Shown: positions 8,457-18,396 of the stretch, piece after piece
Numbering within the stretch: position 1 is the first letter of the stretch
Layout of the letters: the number at the start of each line of letters is the position of its first letter
Assembly (NCBI GenBank): GCA_036170775.1
Contig: JAVHPV010000292.1
Location: forward strand, 1-35,081
Origin: Gallionella sp.
Lineage (GTDB): Bacteria > Pseudomonadota > Gammaproteobacteria > Burkholderiales > Gallionellaceae
DNA length: 35,081 nt
Direction: 5' to 3'
Notes under the pieces: generated by a model
Told to the model about the DNA's origin: nothing
Seen by the model: the letters and a program-made list of their open reading frames with translations, nothing else
Database searches by the model: none
Program-made: the position numbers and the translations under genes

Positions 8457-8912
8457 ATGCTCGATAGTTATTTTGAGCTGAAGCCTTCAAAGTGGTTTGC
8501 TGTCATTTTGCTGGTACTCCACACACTCGTCATTGCGTCCATTATTCCTGCCCCTTTATTCCCTCTCCACGTTCAGCTAGCACTCGTGGCGTTGGTATTA
8601 CTTAATTTGCTGTTTCAGCTAAATCGTTACGCACTGTTGCGCGGAGGTGCGTCATGGCGAGGCTTTATGCTCGAAGAAAATCGTTTGCTGATAGATTGCC
8701 GCTCGGGGCGGCAATGGTCAGGAAAGGTGCTGCCATATACAGTGTGTTTTTCTACGGTGATTGTGTTAGCTGTAAAACCTGATGATCATTCTTTTGCACG
8801 GTATCAAGTGCTGTTTGCGGATGCTTTAAAAGATGATTTATTTCGTACCCTTTCGGTGCGATTACGGTTCATGCCTGATCGTACGCATGATGGCCGTCAA
8901 TCTTTCAGCTAA
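8457..8912 (+). CDS. YgfX/CptA-like inner-membrane protein
   Basis: LKPSK followed by two TM helices, and a C-terminal LFADAL..DLFRTLSVRLR resembling the YgfX family. Its position convergent on nadB matches the sdhE-ygfX-nadB-rpoE synteny known from Pseudomonas-like genomes. Confidence 0.65.
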   Translation: MLDSYFELKPSKWFAVILLVLHTLVIASIIPAPLFPLHVQLALVALVLLNLLFQLNRYALLRGGASWRGFMLEENRLLIDCRSGRQWSGKVLPYTVCFSTVIVLAVKPDDHSFARYQVLFADALKDDLFRTLSVRLRFMPDRTHDGRQSFS

Positions 8913-8919
8913 TCCATCG

Positions 8920-10503
8920 CTAGTTGTTTTTGAATGGATGCAAGATGGTCGGTATCGGATGTTCTGAAGTATTGGGGTAGTCCTTGCTGAAATGCAATCC
9001 TCGACTTTCGTGGCGGGACAGTGCACTACGCACAATCAAATCGGCATTCATGACCAAATTACGTAGCTCTAGCAGGTCAGAACTGATATGGAAGTTGGCG
9101 TAATACTCCTGTATCTCATCTTGTAACAGTTTGATGCGATGTTGTGCGCGTTGCAGACGTTTATTGGTGCGCACGATACCAACATAATCCCACATGAAAT
9201 GCCGTAACTCCGCCCAATTATGGGAGATTACAATTTGCTCGTCCGCATCAGTAACCTGGCTTTCGTCCCATGCGGGTAAGGTGATAGGTGAAGTTGCACT
9301 GCTGCTTAAAATATCTTGCACTGCTGCATCGGCAAAGACCAAACACTCCAGTAGAGAGTTGCTCGCCAAACGATTCGCACCATGCAACCCACTGTAGGCC
9401 GTTTCCCCAACCGCGTAGAGATTGGCAATATCTGTGCGTGCGCGTAAATCAGCCACAATACCTCCACAGGTGTAATGCGCAGCGGGGACGACGGGAATCG
9501 GTTCGCGGCTGATGTTGATACCTAAACTTAGGCAGCGAGAATAAATATTCGGAAAATGTTCTTGCAGAAATTCAACGGATTGATGCGAAATATCTAAATA
9601 AACACAATCTAGCCCACGTTTTTTCATTTCAAAGTCGATGGCGCGCGCCACCACATCGCGTGGTGCGAGTTCGGCACGCTCATCATGCCAAGGCATGAAG
9701 CGCGATCCATCGGGTAGTTTGAGTATTCCGCCCTCACCCCGTACTGCTTCACTAATTAAAAAAGATTTGGCGTGAGGGTGGTAGAGGCAAGTGGGATGGA
9801 ACTGAATGAACTCCATATTGGCGACACGGCAACCTGCACGCCATGCCATTGCGATGCCATCCCCTGTGGCCGTGTCGGGATTGGTGGTGTACAGATAGAC
9901 CTTGCCTGTACCGCCGCTCGCTAAAACAGTATTTTGTGCAGCAATGGTGATAACTTCACCGCTTAGGCTATTTAACGCATAGACCCCAAGGCAGCGATTG
10001 TCAGCCAGCTCTAACTTGTTGCCAGTAATGAGATCAACTGACATATGGTTTTCTAGCACAGTGATATTGGGGTGTTGTAATACGCGTGCGGCTAGGGTTT
10101 CTTGAACCGCATGGCCTGTGGCATCTGCGGCATGAATGATGCGCCGACGGCTGTGTCCACCTTCTCGGGTCAAGTGGTAGCCTATGTCACTGGCTTTGTC
10201 TTTGGTAAAAGGTACGCCTTGTTGTATTAACCATTCAATAGAAGCCTTGCCATGTTCGACTACATGGCGAGTCGCGGATTCGTCACACAAGCCTGCACCT
10301 GCAATCATGGTGTCTTTTATGTGTGCATCCAGAGAGTCATCCCCAGACAAAACAGCGGCAATCCCCCCTTGTGCCCAGCCACTCGCGCCGTCCAACAAGG
10401 ATCTTTTGGTGATTAAACCTATTTTTTGATGGTCAGCGAGCTTGAGAGCAATGGATAGTCCCGCTAGGCCGCTACCGATGATAAGGGTGTCAAATTGGCG
10501 CAA
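8920..10503 (-). CDS. nadB: L-aspartate oxidase
   Basis: FAD motif IIGSGLAG, WAQGGIAAV, REGGHSRRRIIHAADATG, QFHPT, HYTCGG, GLHGANRLASNSLLEC and ESRGLH. Confidence 0.97.
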   Translation of the reverse strand: MRQFDTLIIGSGLAGLSIALKLADHQKIGLITKRSLLDGASGWAQGGIAAVLSGDDSLDAHIKDTMIAGAGLCDESATRHVVEHGKASIEWLIQQGVPFTKDKASDIGYHLTREGGHSRRRIIHAADATGHAVQETLAARVLQHPNITVLENHMSVDLITGNKLELADNRCLGVYALNSLSGEVITIAAQNTVLASGGTGKVYLYTTNPDTATGDGIAMAWRAGCRVANMEFIQFHPTCLYHPHAKSFLISEAVRGEGGILKLPDGSRFMPWHDERAELAPRDVVARAIDFEMKKRGLDCVYLDISHQSVEFLQEHFPNIYSRCLSLGINISREPIPVVPAAHYTCGGIVADLRARTDIANLYAVGETAYSGLHGANRLASNSLLECLVFADAAVQDILSSSATSPITLPAWDESQVTDADEQIVISHNWAELRHFMWDYVGIVRTNKRLQRAQHRIKLLQDEIQEYYANFHISSDLLELRNLVMNADLIVRSALSRHESRGLHFSKDYPNTSEHPIPTILHPFKNN

Positions 10504-10628
10504 TTCTCTTCTCGATAATTATGAATTGATGCTGGGTGGACTATAGCAAAACCTAGCTAGACCAGTGACATGATTTGCGCTGAAACAGACTAAGCGGCTA
10601 TGGAGCAGTTATACTAGCAGCTATTTTG

Positions 10629-10655
10629 TAACTATTACTCCTCGCTGGAGTCAAT
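10629..10655 (+). promoter_or_regulatory. Possible sigma-E-dependent autoregulatory promoter of rpoE
   Basis: TAACTA-N16-TCAAT resembles the sigma-E consensus GAACTT-N16-TCAAA. Confidence 0.4.
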
Positions 10656-10668
10656 AAGGTCATCAGGA

Positions 10669-11268
10669 ATGTCGGATCGGGAATTGGATCAACTCTTAGT
10701 GGAGCGTGCGCAGTGTGGTGACAAACAGGCTTTTGGTCTGTTAGTGACTAAATATCAGCGGCGTTTAGGGCGCTTGATTGGTCGCTTCGTGCGTGACTCA
10801 GCTGAGGCTGAGGACGTGACTCAGGATGCGTTCATCAAAGCCTATCGTGCTTTACCAGGTTTTCGCGGAGAAAGTGCTTTTTACACTTGGCTGTATCGGA
10901 TTGGTATCAATACAGCCAAGAATTATTTGTTGGCGAACAAACGTCGCCCTCCCACTTCTACGTACTTTGATGCGGAAGAAGCGGAGTCTTTTGAAGATGC
11001 GGGTTTATTGCATGAAGTAAGCACCCCAGAAAATGAACTCATGAGCAAACAAGTGGTCGATGTGGTGCAACGTTCGTTACAACAACTCCCTGAGGATTTG
11101 CGCAGTGCGCTGACCTTAAGAGAAGTTGAAGGTTTAAGTTATGAAGAAATTGCTGAAGTAATGAGTTGTCCAATAGGCACAGTGCGTTCACGTATTTTTC
11201 GGGCACGTGAAGCGGTGGCGGAGAATCTCCGTCCATTGTTAGGCACTAGCAAAGATAATCGGTGGTAA
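10669..11268 (+). CDS. rpoE: ECF sigma factor RpoE (sigma-24)
   Basis: DQLLVERAQ.GDKQAF, FRGESAFYTWLYRIGINTAKN and CPIGTVRSRIFRAREA. Confidence 0.97.
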   Translation: MSDRELDQLLVERAQCGDKQAFGLLVTKYQRRLGRLIGRFVRDSAEAEDVTQDAFIKAYRALPGFRGESAFYTWLYRIGINTAKNYLLANKRRPPTSTYFDAEEAESFEDAGLLHEVSTPENELMSKQVVDVVQRSLQQLPEDLRSALTLREVEGLSYEEIAEVMSCPIGTVRSRIFRAREAVAENLRPLLGTSKDNRW

Positions 11269-11765
11269 TGATGAAAGAGAAAATTTCAGTATTGATGGAT
11301 AACGAGATTTGCGCAGATGATGCTGATGCTTTGTTTGATAAGCTGGAGCGCAGTACGGACTTGCGACATGATTGGGCGACCTATCATTTGATTGGTGACG
11401 TGTTGCGGCAACCTGAGTCAGTACACCGCGATTTACTCTGCCAGTTGAATACTCGGTTGCAAAGTGAGCCGACTGTGTTTGCACCATCGCGGCTCAGGAT
11501 AGCGAAGAAGACGCGTGTGGTCAGCCTTGCTATCGCCGCATCTTGCTTGGGTTTGGGGGTGGCGACATGGCTGTCTATGCAAGTGAGTCGAGAGGCTGCG
11601 CCACAATTGGCACTACAGTCGAGTTTTGTTCCTACGGCAAGCAACGTAAACCAAGCCGTGACTGACGATTATCTGTTAGCGCATCAGGAATATTCGCCGA
11701 ATGCTGAAATGACTGGGCCAGCCACTTATTTGCGTAATGTGTCCTACCATCCAGAGGAAAAATGA
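11268..11765 (+). CDS. rseA: Anti-sigma-E factor RseA
   Basis: EKISVLMDNE, W..YHLIGDVLR, a TM helix starting at AIAAS, and YLLAHQEYS; overlaps the rpoE stop (TAATG). Confidence 0.92.
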   Translation: MMKEKISVLMDNEICADDADALFDKLERSTDLRHDWATYHLIGDVLRQPESVHRDLLCQLNTRLQSEPTVFAPSRLRIAKKTRVVSLAIAASCLGLGVATWLSMQVSREAAPQLALQSSFVPTASNVNQAVTDDYLLAHQEYSPNAEMTGPATYLRNVSYHPEEK

Positions 11766-12733
11766 TGCTTAAATTACTGCTTATCTTGGCATGTTTGGGT
11801 TGTTCTGCTGGTGTAAGCGCGCGTGATATTCGTATCAATAGTAACTGGTTACAGGTGGTTGCTTTTGCGGCTCATCAAACTGATTACAGTGGTACCTTCG
11901 TCTATCAATACGACGGCAAAGTTGAAACATCCCGTATTACGCACGTGGTTCAACCAGATAGCGAATACGAAAAAATCGAGAGTTTGGATGGCCCTAGACG
12001 TGAGGTCATCCGTCACCACGGCAAGATATGGTTCTATATCAATCACAAAATGGTGCAGATTGATGGTGATCAATCCAAAGCACGCTTCCCCGCTTTGTTG
12101 CCCGCGCAACTGTCAGCCTTGAGCGATAGTTATGTCATTAAAGACTCAGGAAATGATCGTGTTGCAGGTGTCCCTGCTCAAGTGATTACTTTGCAGCCTA
12201 AAGACGGTTTGCGCTATACACGCAAAATTTGGGCTCATGCCGAAACAGGCTTATTGGTGAAGGCGGTGGTTTTGAACGAAAAAAACCAAGTGGTTGAACA
12301 ATATGCTTTTACTGACCTAAAATTAGGTGATCAAGTAGATCGCGCTTGGGTTGCACCCAGTACGGCGGCAGGTTTGACGGGGGCAAGTCAAGCATTGTCC
12401 GACCCCATCAAACGTGCCGCGCAAACTCATAGTGGTTGGGGGGTGGATGCCTTACCTTCGGGCTTTAAAAAAACCATGGAGGTACAGCGACTCATGCCTG
12501 AAAAACATACCCCTGCTGTACAGTTGGTGTATTCCGATGGGTTAAGTGCTATTTCAGTTTTCATTGAGGCTAGTGATGCAGACAAGGATGATGCCTCTAG
12601 TTTGACAAATCGTGGTGCGCTGAATCTTTATCGCAAAGTAGTCGATAAGCATTTGTTGACGGTTGTTGGTGAAGTTCCTGAGCGTACGGTGATGCAAATA
12701 TTGGATTCAGTGCGTTTCCACGGAAAAAAATGA
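11762..12733 (+). CDS. rseB: Sigma-E regulator RseB/MucB
   Basis: Signal peptide, YSGTFVYQ, LDGPRREVIR, YSDGLSAISVFIE and TVVGEVP. Confidence 0.93.
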   Translation: MMLKLLLILACLGCSAGVSARDIRINSNWLQVVAFAAHQTDYSGTFVYQYDGKVETSRITHVVQPDSEYEKIESLDGPRREVIRHHGKIWFYINHKMVQIDGDQSKARFPALLPAQLSALSDSYVIKDSGNDRVAGVPAQVITLQPKDGLRYTRKIWAHAETGLLVKAVVLNEKNQVVEQYAFTDLKLGDQVDRAWVAPSTAAGLTGASQALSDPIKRAAQTHSGWGVDALPSGFKKTMEVQRLMPEKHTPAVQLVYSDGLSAISVFIEASDADKDDASSLTNRGALNLYRKVVDKHLLTVVGEVPERTVMQILDSVRFHGKK

Positions 12734-13170
12734 CACTCGAAACTCGCGTTACTGTGGTGCGCTTAGAAAATCAATGTGCTTGGGTTGAATCAACGCAAGG
12801 AAATGGTTGTGCGCAATGTCACGGCAAAGGCTGTGGTTCGGGCAAACTGAACCAGTTGTTCTGTAGCAAACCTCGACAATTTCAGGTAGATAACCCAATC
12901 GCTGCTGTGGTGGGTGATGATGTTATCGTGTGCGTTGCAGAGGGGGCTGTGCTGCGCGGGATTGGTTGGATGTATCTAATGCCGTTAATGCTACTGATTG
13001 TTGGGGCGATAGGGGGTAATTTCTTGGCAAACACCCTAGCTTCTCAGGATGTCTATAGTGCCGTTGGCGCGTTGCTGGGCTTGATAATGGGCTACGCTAT
13101 CACCAAATACGTGTCGTCCCATCACAATCGCTTACAAAATCGTCCTTACATCACTAGGATAGTTTGTTAG
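12730..13170 (+). CDS. rseC: RseC/MucC family protein
   Basis: N-terminal CxxCxxxxCG, YLMPL and two TM helices; follows rseB. Confidence 0.88.
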   Translation: MTLETRVTVVRLENQCAWVESTQGNGCAQCHGKGCGSGKLNQLFCSKPRQFQVDNPIAAVVGDDVIVCVAEGAVLRGIGWMYLMPLMLLIVGAIGGNFLANTLASQDVYSAVGALLGLIMGYAITKYVSSHHNRLQNRPYITRIVC

Positions 13171-13226
13171 ATTTAGAAACTCTGTTGTATCCAATCATTT
13201 ATTTCTGTTCTGATGAGGAGTGACAT

Positions 13227-14621
13227 ATGCTGAAAAAACTGTCGTTTCTATGTGTGGCATGGTTTGTATTTGCTCTTTCCTTGAATGTGTCGGCTAAAGA
13301 GTTACCTGATTTTGCCGAATTGGTGGAAAAGCAGGGCGCGGCTGTGGTGAACATTAGTACCACGCAAATTATTCACAATACTCAAGGATTGCCGAATATG
13401 CAGGAGGGCGATCCGTTCTACGAGTTTTTCCGTCGTTTTGCACCACAAATGCCCCGTGAGCAAGAGTCGCAATCGTTAGGGTCAGGGTTTATTGTCAGTG
13501 CGGATGGTTACATTATGACCAATGCACACGTGGTGGATCATGCCGATAAAGTCACGGTGCGGCTTACCGACAAACGTGAGTTCAGTGCCAAAGTGATTGG
13601 TGCGGACAAACGCACCGATGTGGCACTGCTTAAAATTGAAGCAACTGCTTTGCCCAAAGTAACGTTAGGCGACCCCAATAAACTGCGAGTCGGTGAATGG
13701 GTGGTGGCGATTGGTTCCCCGTTTGGTTTTGATAGTAGTGTCACGGCAGGTATTGTGAGTGCCAAAGGGCGTAATCTTCCCCAAGACAATTTTGTCCCAT
13801 TTATTCAAACTGATGTCGCGATTAACCCTGGTAATTCGGGGGGGCCACTGTTCAATATGAATGGGGAAGTGGTCGGGATCAACTCGCAAATCTATACTCG
13901 TTCGGGAGGTTCAATGGGCTTGTCGTTTTCGATTCCCATTGATGTTGCGACCCAAGTGACTGAGCAGTTGCGCAGTAGCGGCAAAGTTACACGTGGTCGT
14001 ATCGGGGTCACTATCCAAGAATTAACCCGAGAATTGGCGGATTCATTTGGCTTGAGTCAACCTAATGGTGCTCTCATCAGTAGCGTGGAAAAAGGGGGGG
14101 CAGCCGATAGGGCGGGAGTGGAAGTCAGTGACGTGATTCTCAAGTTCAATGGCAAACCCGTGACGAGTTCGGCTGATTTACCGCGACTGGTCGCGGCAAC
14201 CCAACCTGCTAGCAAAGTGCCGATGACTGTGTGGCGCAAGGGGAAGGCTAAAGAAATTATGGTGGTTGTCGCTGCGATGCCTGAAGAAGCGAGTCTGGCG
14301 CAAACCAGCAAAAAACTGGCAGACAGCGTGGCTGACATGATTACGCGCTTGGGTATTGCGGTGAGCGATTTAAGCCGCGAGCAATTACAAGAATTACAGG
14401 TCAACGGTGGTTTGTTGGTGGAAGAAGTGAAGGGCTATCGTGCGCGTTCGGCAGGTTTGCAACGCGGTGATGTGTTGCTGGCAGTAGGTAATATCCAAAT
14501 ACGATCTTTGGCGCAATTCAATGAGCTACTCAAGCAAGTGCCTAAAGGCCACAATGTTGCATTGTTGGTTAGGCGTGGCGACAATGCCTCTTATGTCGCT
14601 ATAAAACTCGACGAAAAGTAA
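13227..14621 (+). CDS. degP: DegP/DegQ (MucD-like) periplasmic serine endoprotease with two PDZ domains
   Basis: Signal peptide, TNAHVV, TDVALLK and GNSGGPL (catalytic triad), followed by two PDZ domains. Confidence 0.93.
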   Translation: MLKKLSFLCVAWFVFALSLNVSAKELPDFAELVEKQGAAVVNISTTQIIHNTQGLPNMQEGDPFYEFFRRFAPQMPREQESQSLGSGFIVSADGYIMTNAHVVDHADKVTVRLTDKREFSAKVIGADKRTDVALLKIEATALPKVTLGDPNKLRVGEWVVAIGSPFGFDSSVTAGIVSAKGRNLPQDNFVPFIQTDVAINPGNSGGPLFNMNGEVVGINSQIYTRSGGSMGLSFSIPIDVATQVTEQLRSSGKVTRGRIGVTIQELTRELADSFGLSQPNGALISSVEKGGAADRAGVEVSDVILKFNGKPVTSSADLPRLVAATQPASKVPMTVWRKGKAKEIMVVVAAMPEEASLAQTSKKLADSVADMITRLGIAVSDLSREQLQELQVNGGLLVEEVKGYRARSAGLQRGDVLLAVGNIQIRSLAQFNELLKQVPKGHNVALLVRRGDNASYVAIKLDEK

Positions 14622-14671
14622 GCTCTGTTCTACGTGTCCCGCTCAAATCGGCTAGAATTCGCGCTTTGCGA

Positions 14672-14701
14672 AATCCTGCCGACTTCGGCGGGATTATTTT
14701 T
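14672..14701 (+). terminator. Intrinsic-terminator-like hairpin directly upstream of lepA
   Basis: AATCCTGCCG-ACTT-CGGCGGGATT followed by ATTTTTT. Confidence 0.55.
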
Positions 14702-14706
14702 GTGCA

Positions 14707-16506
14707 ATGGATGCTATGCAACATATTCGAAATTTTTCAATCATCGCTCATATAGATCACGGTAAATCCACCCTGGCTGATCGCATCATTCAGTTGTGCG
14801 GAGGATTGTCTGACCGTGAGATGGAAGCGCAAGTGCTCGACTCGATGGATCTTGAGCGTGAGCGTGGTATTACCATTAAAGCGCAGACTGCTGCACTGCT
14901 ATACAAAGCACGTGATGGGCAAATCTATAACCTCAATCTGATTGATACGCCAGGGCATGTGGACTTTTCCTATGAAGTGTCCCGTTCCTTATCCGCCTGC
15001 GAAGGAGCTTTGTTGGTCGTGGATGCTTCGCAAGGCGTTGAAGCGCAAACCGTAGCAAATTGTTATACCGCACTGGATTTGGGTGTGGAAGTTGTGCCCG
15101 TGCTGAACAAAATTGATCTGCCGTCGGCCAATCCAGAAAATGCCATGGAGGAGATCGAGGAAGTTATTGGCATTGATGCGCATGATGCGACGCTGTGTTC
15201 GGCCAAATCTGGGCTAGGTGTGCAAGATGTTTTGGAAGCCTTAATTGTTAAAGTGCCTGCGCCGCAAGGTGATCCAACCGCGCCCTTGCAAGCATTGATT
15301 ATCGACTCATGGTTTGATAACTATGTGGGTGTGGTCATGCTGGTGCGGGTGAAAAATGGCACACTCAAACCCAAAGAAAAAATCCTGTTCATGGCTACGG
15401 GAGCGCAGCATCTTACTGAGCATATCGGTGTGTTTACACCTAAGTCGCAAGAACGTGAAACGCTGAGCGCAGGACAGGTGGGGTTCATCATTGCGGGTAT
15501 CAAAGAGCTTAAAGATGCCAAAGTAGGGGATACCATTACCCATCAAGCCAAGCCCACAGCCACACCCCTGCCAGGTTTTAAAGAGGTGCAGCCGCAAGTT
15601 TTTGCGGGGCTATTTCCTGTGGAATCGAATCAATATGAAGCGTTACGCGACTCTTTGGAAAAGCTCAAGCTCAATGATGCCGCGTTGCAATATGAACCAG
15701 AGGTTTCGCAAGCCTTGGGTTTTGGTTTCCGTTGCGGCTTCCTCGGCTTACTGCATATGGAGATTGTGCAGGAACGCTTAGAGCGTGAGTTTGACATGGA
15801 CTTGATTACCACCGCGCCCACGGTCATTTATGAGGTTGCTTTGCGCAACGGCACGGTTGTGTTGGTCGACAACCCCTCCAAAATGCCTGACCCTGCCAAG
15901 ATTGAGGAAATCCGTGAACCTATTGTCACGGTGAATCTGTATATGCCGAATGAGTATGTGGGGGCGGTGATTACCTTGTGTACGCAAAAACGTGGTGTGC
16001 AGCTCAACATTAGCTATCACGGCAAGCAAGTGAATCTATTGTATGAAATGCCTATGGCTGAAATCGTGATGGACTTCTTCGACAAGCTTAAGTCGGTATC
16101 GCGTGGCTACGCTTCGATGGACTATGAGTTCAAAGAATATCGTGCCGCAGATGTGGTTAAAGTGGACATGCTTATCAACGGTGACCGCGTGGATGCGTTG
16201 GCCGTGATTGTGCATCGTGCGAATAGCCAATATCGAGGTCGAGAAGTGGCGGCAAAAATGCGTGAACTGATTCCTCGTCAGATGTATGACGTGGCAATTC
16301 AGGCCACTATTGGGGCTAACATCATTGCCCGTGAGAACGTCAAAGCGATGCGCAAAAATGTGTTGGCGAAATGCTACGGCGGGGATATTTCACGTAAGAA
16401 AAAACTGCTGGAAAAGCAAAAAGCAGGTAAGAAACGTATGAAGCAAGTGGGCAATGTGGAAATTCCACAAGAAGCATTCTTGGCGATTCTGCGTGTTGAC
16501 GATTAA
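14707..16506 (+). CDS. lepA: Translation elongation factor 4
   Basis: [39 protein letters not shown] and [18 protein letters not shown]. An alternative start is ATG 14716. Confidence 0.98.
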   Translation: MDAMQHIRNFSIIAHIDHGKSTLADRIIQLCGGLSDREMEAQVLDSMDLERERGITIKAQTAALLYKARDGQIYNLNLIDTPGHVDFSYEVSRSLSACEGALLVVDASQGVEAQTVANCYTALDLGVEVVPVLNKIDLPSANPENAMEEIEEVIGIDAHDATLCSAKSGLGVQDVLEALIVKVPAPQGDPTAPLQALIIDSWFDNYVGVVMLVRVKNGTLKPKEKILFMATGAQHLTEHIGVFTPKSQERETLSAGQVGFIIAGIKELKDAKVGDTITHQAKPTATPLPGFKEVQPQVFAGLFPVESNQYEALRDSLEKLKLNDAALQYEPEVSQALGFGFRCGFLGLLHMEIVQERLEREFDMDLITTAPTVIYEVALRNGTVVLVDNPSKMPDPAKIEEIREPIVTVNLYMPNEYVGAVITLCTQKRGVQLNISYHGKQVNLLYEMPMAEIVMDFFDKLKSVSRGYASMDYEFKEYRAADVVKVDMLINGDRVDALAVIVHRANSQYRGREVAAKMRELIPRQMYDVAIQATIGANIIARENVKAMRKNVLAKCYGGDISRKKKLLEKQKAGKKRMKQVGNVEIPQEAFLAILRVDD

Positions 16507-16515
16507 GGGTTGAAA

Positions 16516-17319
16516 ATGGATTTTGCGTTAATTTTGTTTGTTTTGCTGGTGCTGACGGGCAGCATCTGGTTGTTGGATCACTTAATGTTGCGAAAAAATC
16601 GTGCGAACGGCATCGCCGAGCCGTGGTGGGTGGAGTATGCCAAGAGTTTTTTCCCCGTCATTCTGGTGGTGTTTTTTATTCGCTCATTTTTGGTTGAGCC
16701 TTTCAAAATTCCCTCAGGTTCAATGATTCCAACCTTGCAAGTGGGCGACTTTATTTTAGTGAATAAATTTACCTACGGGCTGCGTTTACCCATCATCAAT
16801 AAAAAAGTGGTGCAACTGAATGATCCGCAGCGCGGCGATGTGATGGTGTTTCATTACCCAGAAGATCCTTCGGTAGATTATATTAAGCGTGTTGTGGCGG
16901 TCGGCGGCGACACCGTGGAATATCGTGACAAGCACCTGAGCATCAATGGTGTTGAGCAAATCCAAACGGCTGATGGTGACTACAATTACGTTGAAAGTGG
17001 GCTGAATTTTGTGCATACCGAACGACGTAATGAAAACCTCAGCGGCAAAGCTCATGCGCTATTGATTAACCCAGAAATGCCAACCTTGCATCTAGGCTCC
17101 GTTGCTGAATTCAACGGACGTGAAAATTGTAGCTATGACGAGGATCGCGTGACCTGCAAAGTGCCGCAAGGGAGCTACTTTATGATGGGGGACAACCGCG
17201 ATAACAGCCGCGATAGTCGCTACTGGGGTTTTGTGCCTGACAACCAAATCGTCGGTAAAGCATTTTTCGTATGGATGAATTTTTCTGATTTGAAACGTAT
17301 CGGTGTGACCATCAACTAA
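16516..17319 (+). CDS. lepB: Signal peptidase I
   Basis: EPFKIPSGSMIPTL (catalytic Ser), DYIKRVV (catalytic Lys) and MMGDNRDNSRDSRYWGFVP. Confidence 0.97.
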   Translation: MDFALILFVLLVLTGSIWLLDHLMLRKNRANGIAEPWWVEYAKSFFPVILVVFFIRSFLVEPFKIPSGSMIPTLQVGDFILVNKFTYGLRLPIINKKVVQLNDPQRGDVMVFHYPEDPSVDYIKRVVAVGGDTVEYRDKHLSINGVEQIQTADGDYNYVESGLNFVHTERRNENLSGKAHALLINPEMPTLHLGSVAEFNGRENCSYDEDRVTCKVPQGSYFMMGDNRDNSRDSRYWGFVPDNQIVGKAFFVWMNFSDLKRIGVTIN

Positions 17320-17340
17320 GTTTTTAACAAGGAGAATGCA

Positions 17341-17715
17341 ATGAATGTAACAATGCGCAAACAACAGCGTGGTATTACTCTGGGTGGCTTTATCATGGGG
17401 GTGTTTGTCTTGGTGCTCTCTAGCATTACCCTGATGAAGCTGGTTCCTGCCTACATGGCAGATGCGACCATCAAAAATACTTTTACGGCCATTGCGAATG
17501 ACCCAGATATGCAAAATGCCTCGCCTGCGGCAATCCGTCTGTCGTTTAGTAAACGCTCCTCTATCGACAACATTACCGCTATCAAGGCCGAGGATATTGA
17601 AATCGACACTGAGGGCGGTAAGCCCGTGTTGAGTGCGAGTTATGCCGTGAAAGTGCCGTTAGCAGCCAATATCAGCTTGTTCATGGACTTCAATCCTCGC
17701 AGTGCAGCCAAATAA
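17341..17715 (+). CDS. DUF4845 family protein with a prepilin-like N-terminus
   Basis: KQQRGITL followed by a hydrophobic helix, and Y.VKVPLAANISLFMDF; occupies the conserved slot between lepB and rnc. Confidence 0.82.
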   Translation: MNVTMRKQQRGITLGGFIMGVFVLVLSSITLMKLVPAYMADATIKNTFTAIANDPDMQNASPAAIRLSFSKRSSIDNITAIKAEDIEIDTEGGKPVLSASYAVKVPLAANISLFMDFNPRSAAK

Positions 17716-18379
17716 AAACACTTCCCAACTTTGCCAGCAATTGGGGTATGTGTTCGCACAGCCCCAATTATTACAACGCGCACTGACTCACCGTAGCTAT
17801 AACAGTGAACATAATGAACGCCTTGAATTTTTGGGTGATAGCGTGTTGGGTTGTAGCATCGCCAAATATCTGTACAGTCACTATCCGCAGTTGAGCGAAG
17901 GTGAGTTGTCGCGCCTGCGTTCTAATCTGGTCAAAGAAGAAACATTAGTCGTCTTGGCGCAACAGCTTAACTTGGGGAGCTTGTTGCGACTAGGGGAGGG
18001 CGAACGAAAAAGTGGTGGATTTAATCGCCCCTCCATTTTGGCTGATGGTGTTGAAGCTTTGCTCGGCGCGATCTTTTTGGATGGGGGATATGCAGCGGCA
18101 GAACAAACGGTGCTGAATTTATTTGTTCCCTATTTGGCGCAAGTGGATGTCAATACCTTGGGCAAAGATGCTAAAACCTTGCTGCAAGAGCATCTGCAAG
18201 CCAAGCGTATTGCATTGCCTGTGTATCGCATATTGACTATCCAAGGGGTGGCACATGAGCAACAATTTCAAGTCGAATGCGCGATTCCATCGCTAAAAAT
18301 TATCACCCATGGCACAGGCACGAGCCGTCGCAACGCCGAACAGCAAGCCGCCTTGGCGGCCTATCAATTACTTAGCTAA
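17702..18379 (+). CDS. rnc: Ribonuclease III
   Basis: [18 protein letters not shown], and a dsRBD (DAKTLLQE...AEQQAA). Confidence 0.97.
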   Translation: MQPNKNTSQLCQQLGYVFAQPQLLQRALTHRSYNSEHNERLEFLGDSVLGCSIAKYLYSHYPQLSEGELSRLRSNLVKEETLVVLAQQLNLGSLLRLGEGERKSGGFNRPSILADGVEALLGAIFLDGGYAAAEQTVLNLFVPYLAQVDVNTLGKDAKTLLQEHLQAKRIALPVYRILTIQGVAHEQQFQVECAIPSLKIITHGTGTSRRNAEQQAALAAYQLLS

Positions 18380-18396
18380 TTACTTGGAAAACTCTT

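Noticed and set aside
12808-12822. CAQCH heme-c-like motif in RseC
   Set aside because: It is part of the conserved RseC N-terminal Cys cluster, and there is no export signal for heme attachment.
14089-14100. A5-G7 run in degP as a phase-variation or frameshift site
   Set aside because: The run is short, in frame (EKGG) and the ORF is intact.
17341-17715. Type IV pilin gene
   Set aside because: The prepilin-like N-terminus lacks the +5 Glu, and the lepB-rnc position identifies DUF4845.
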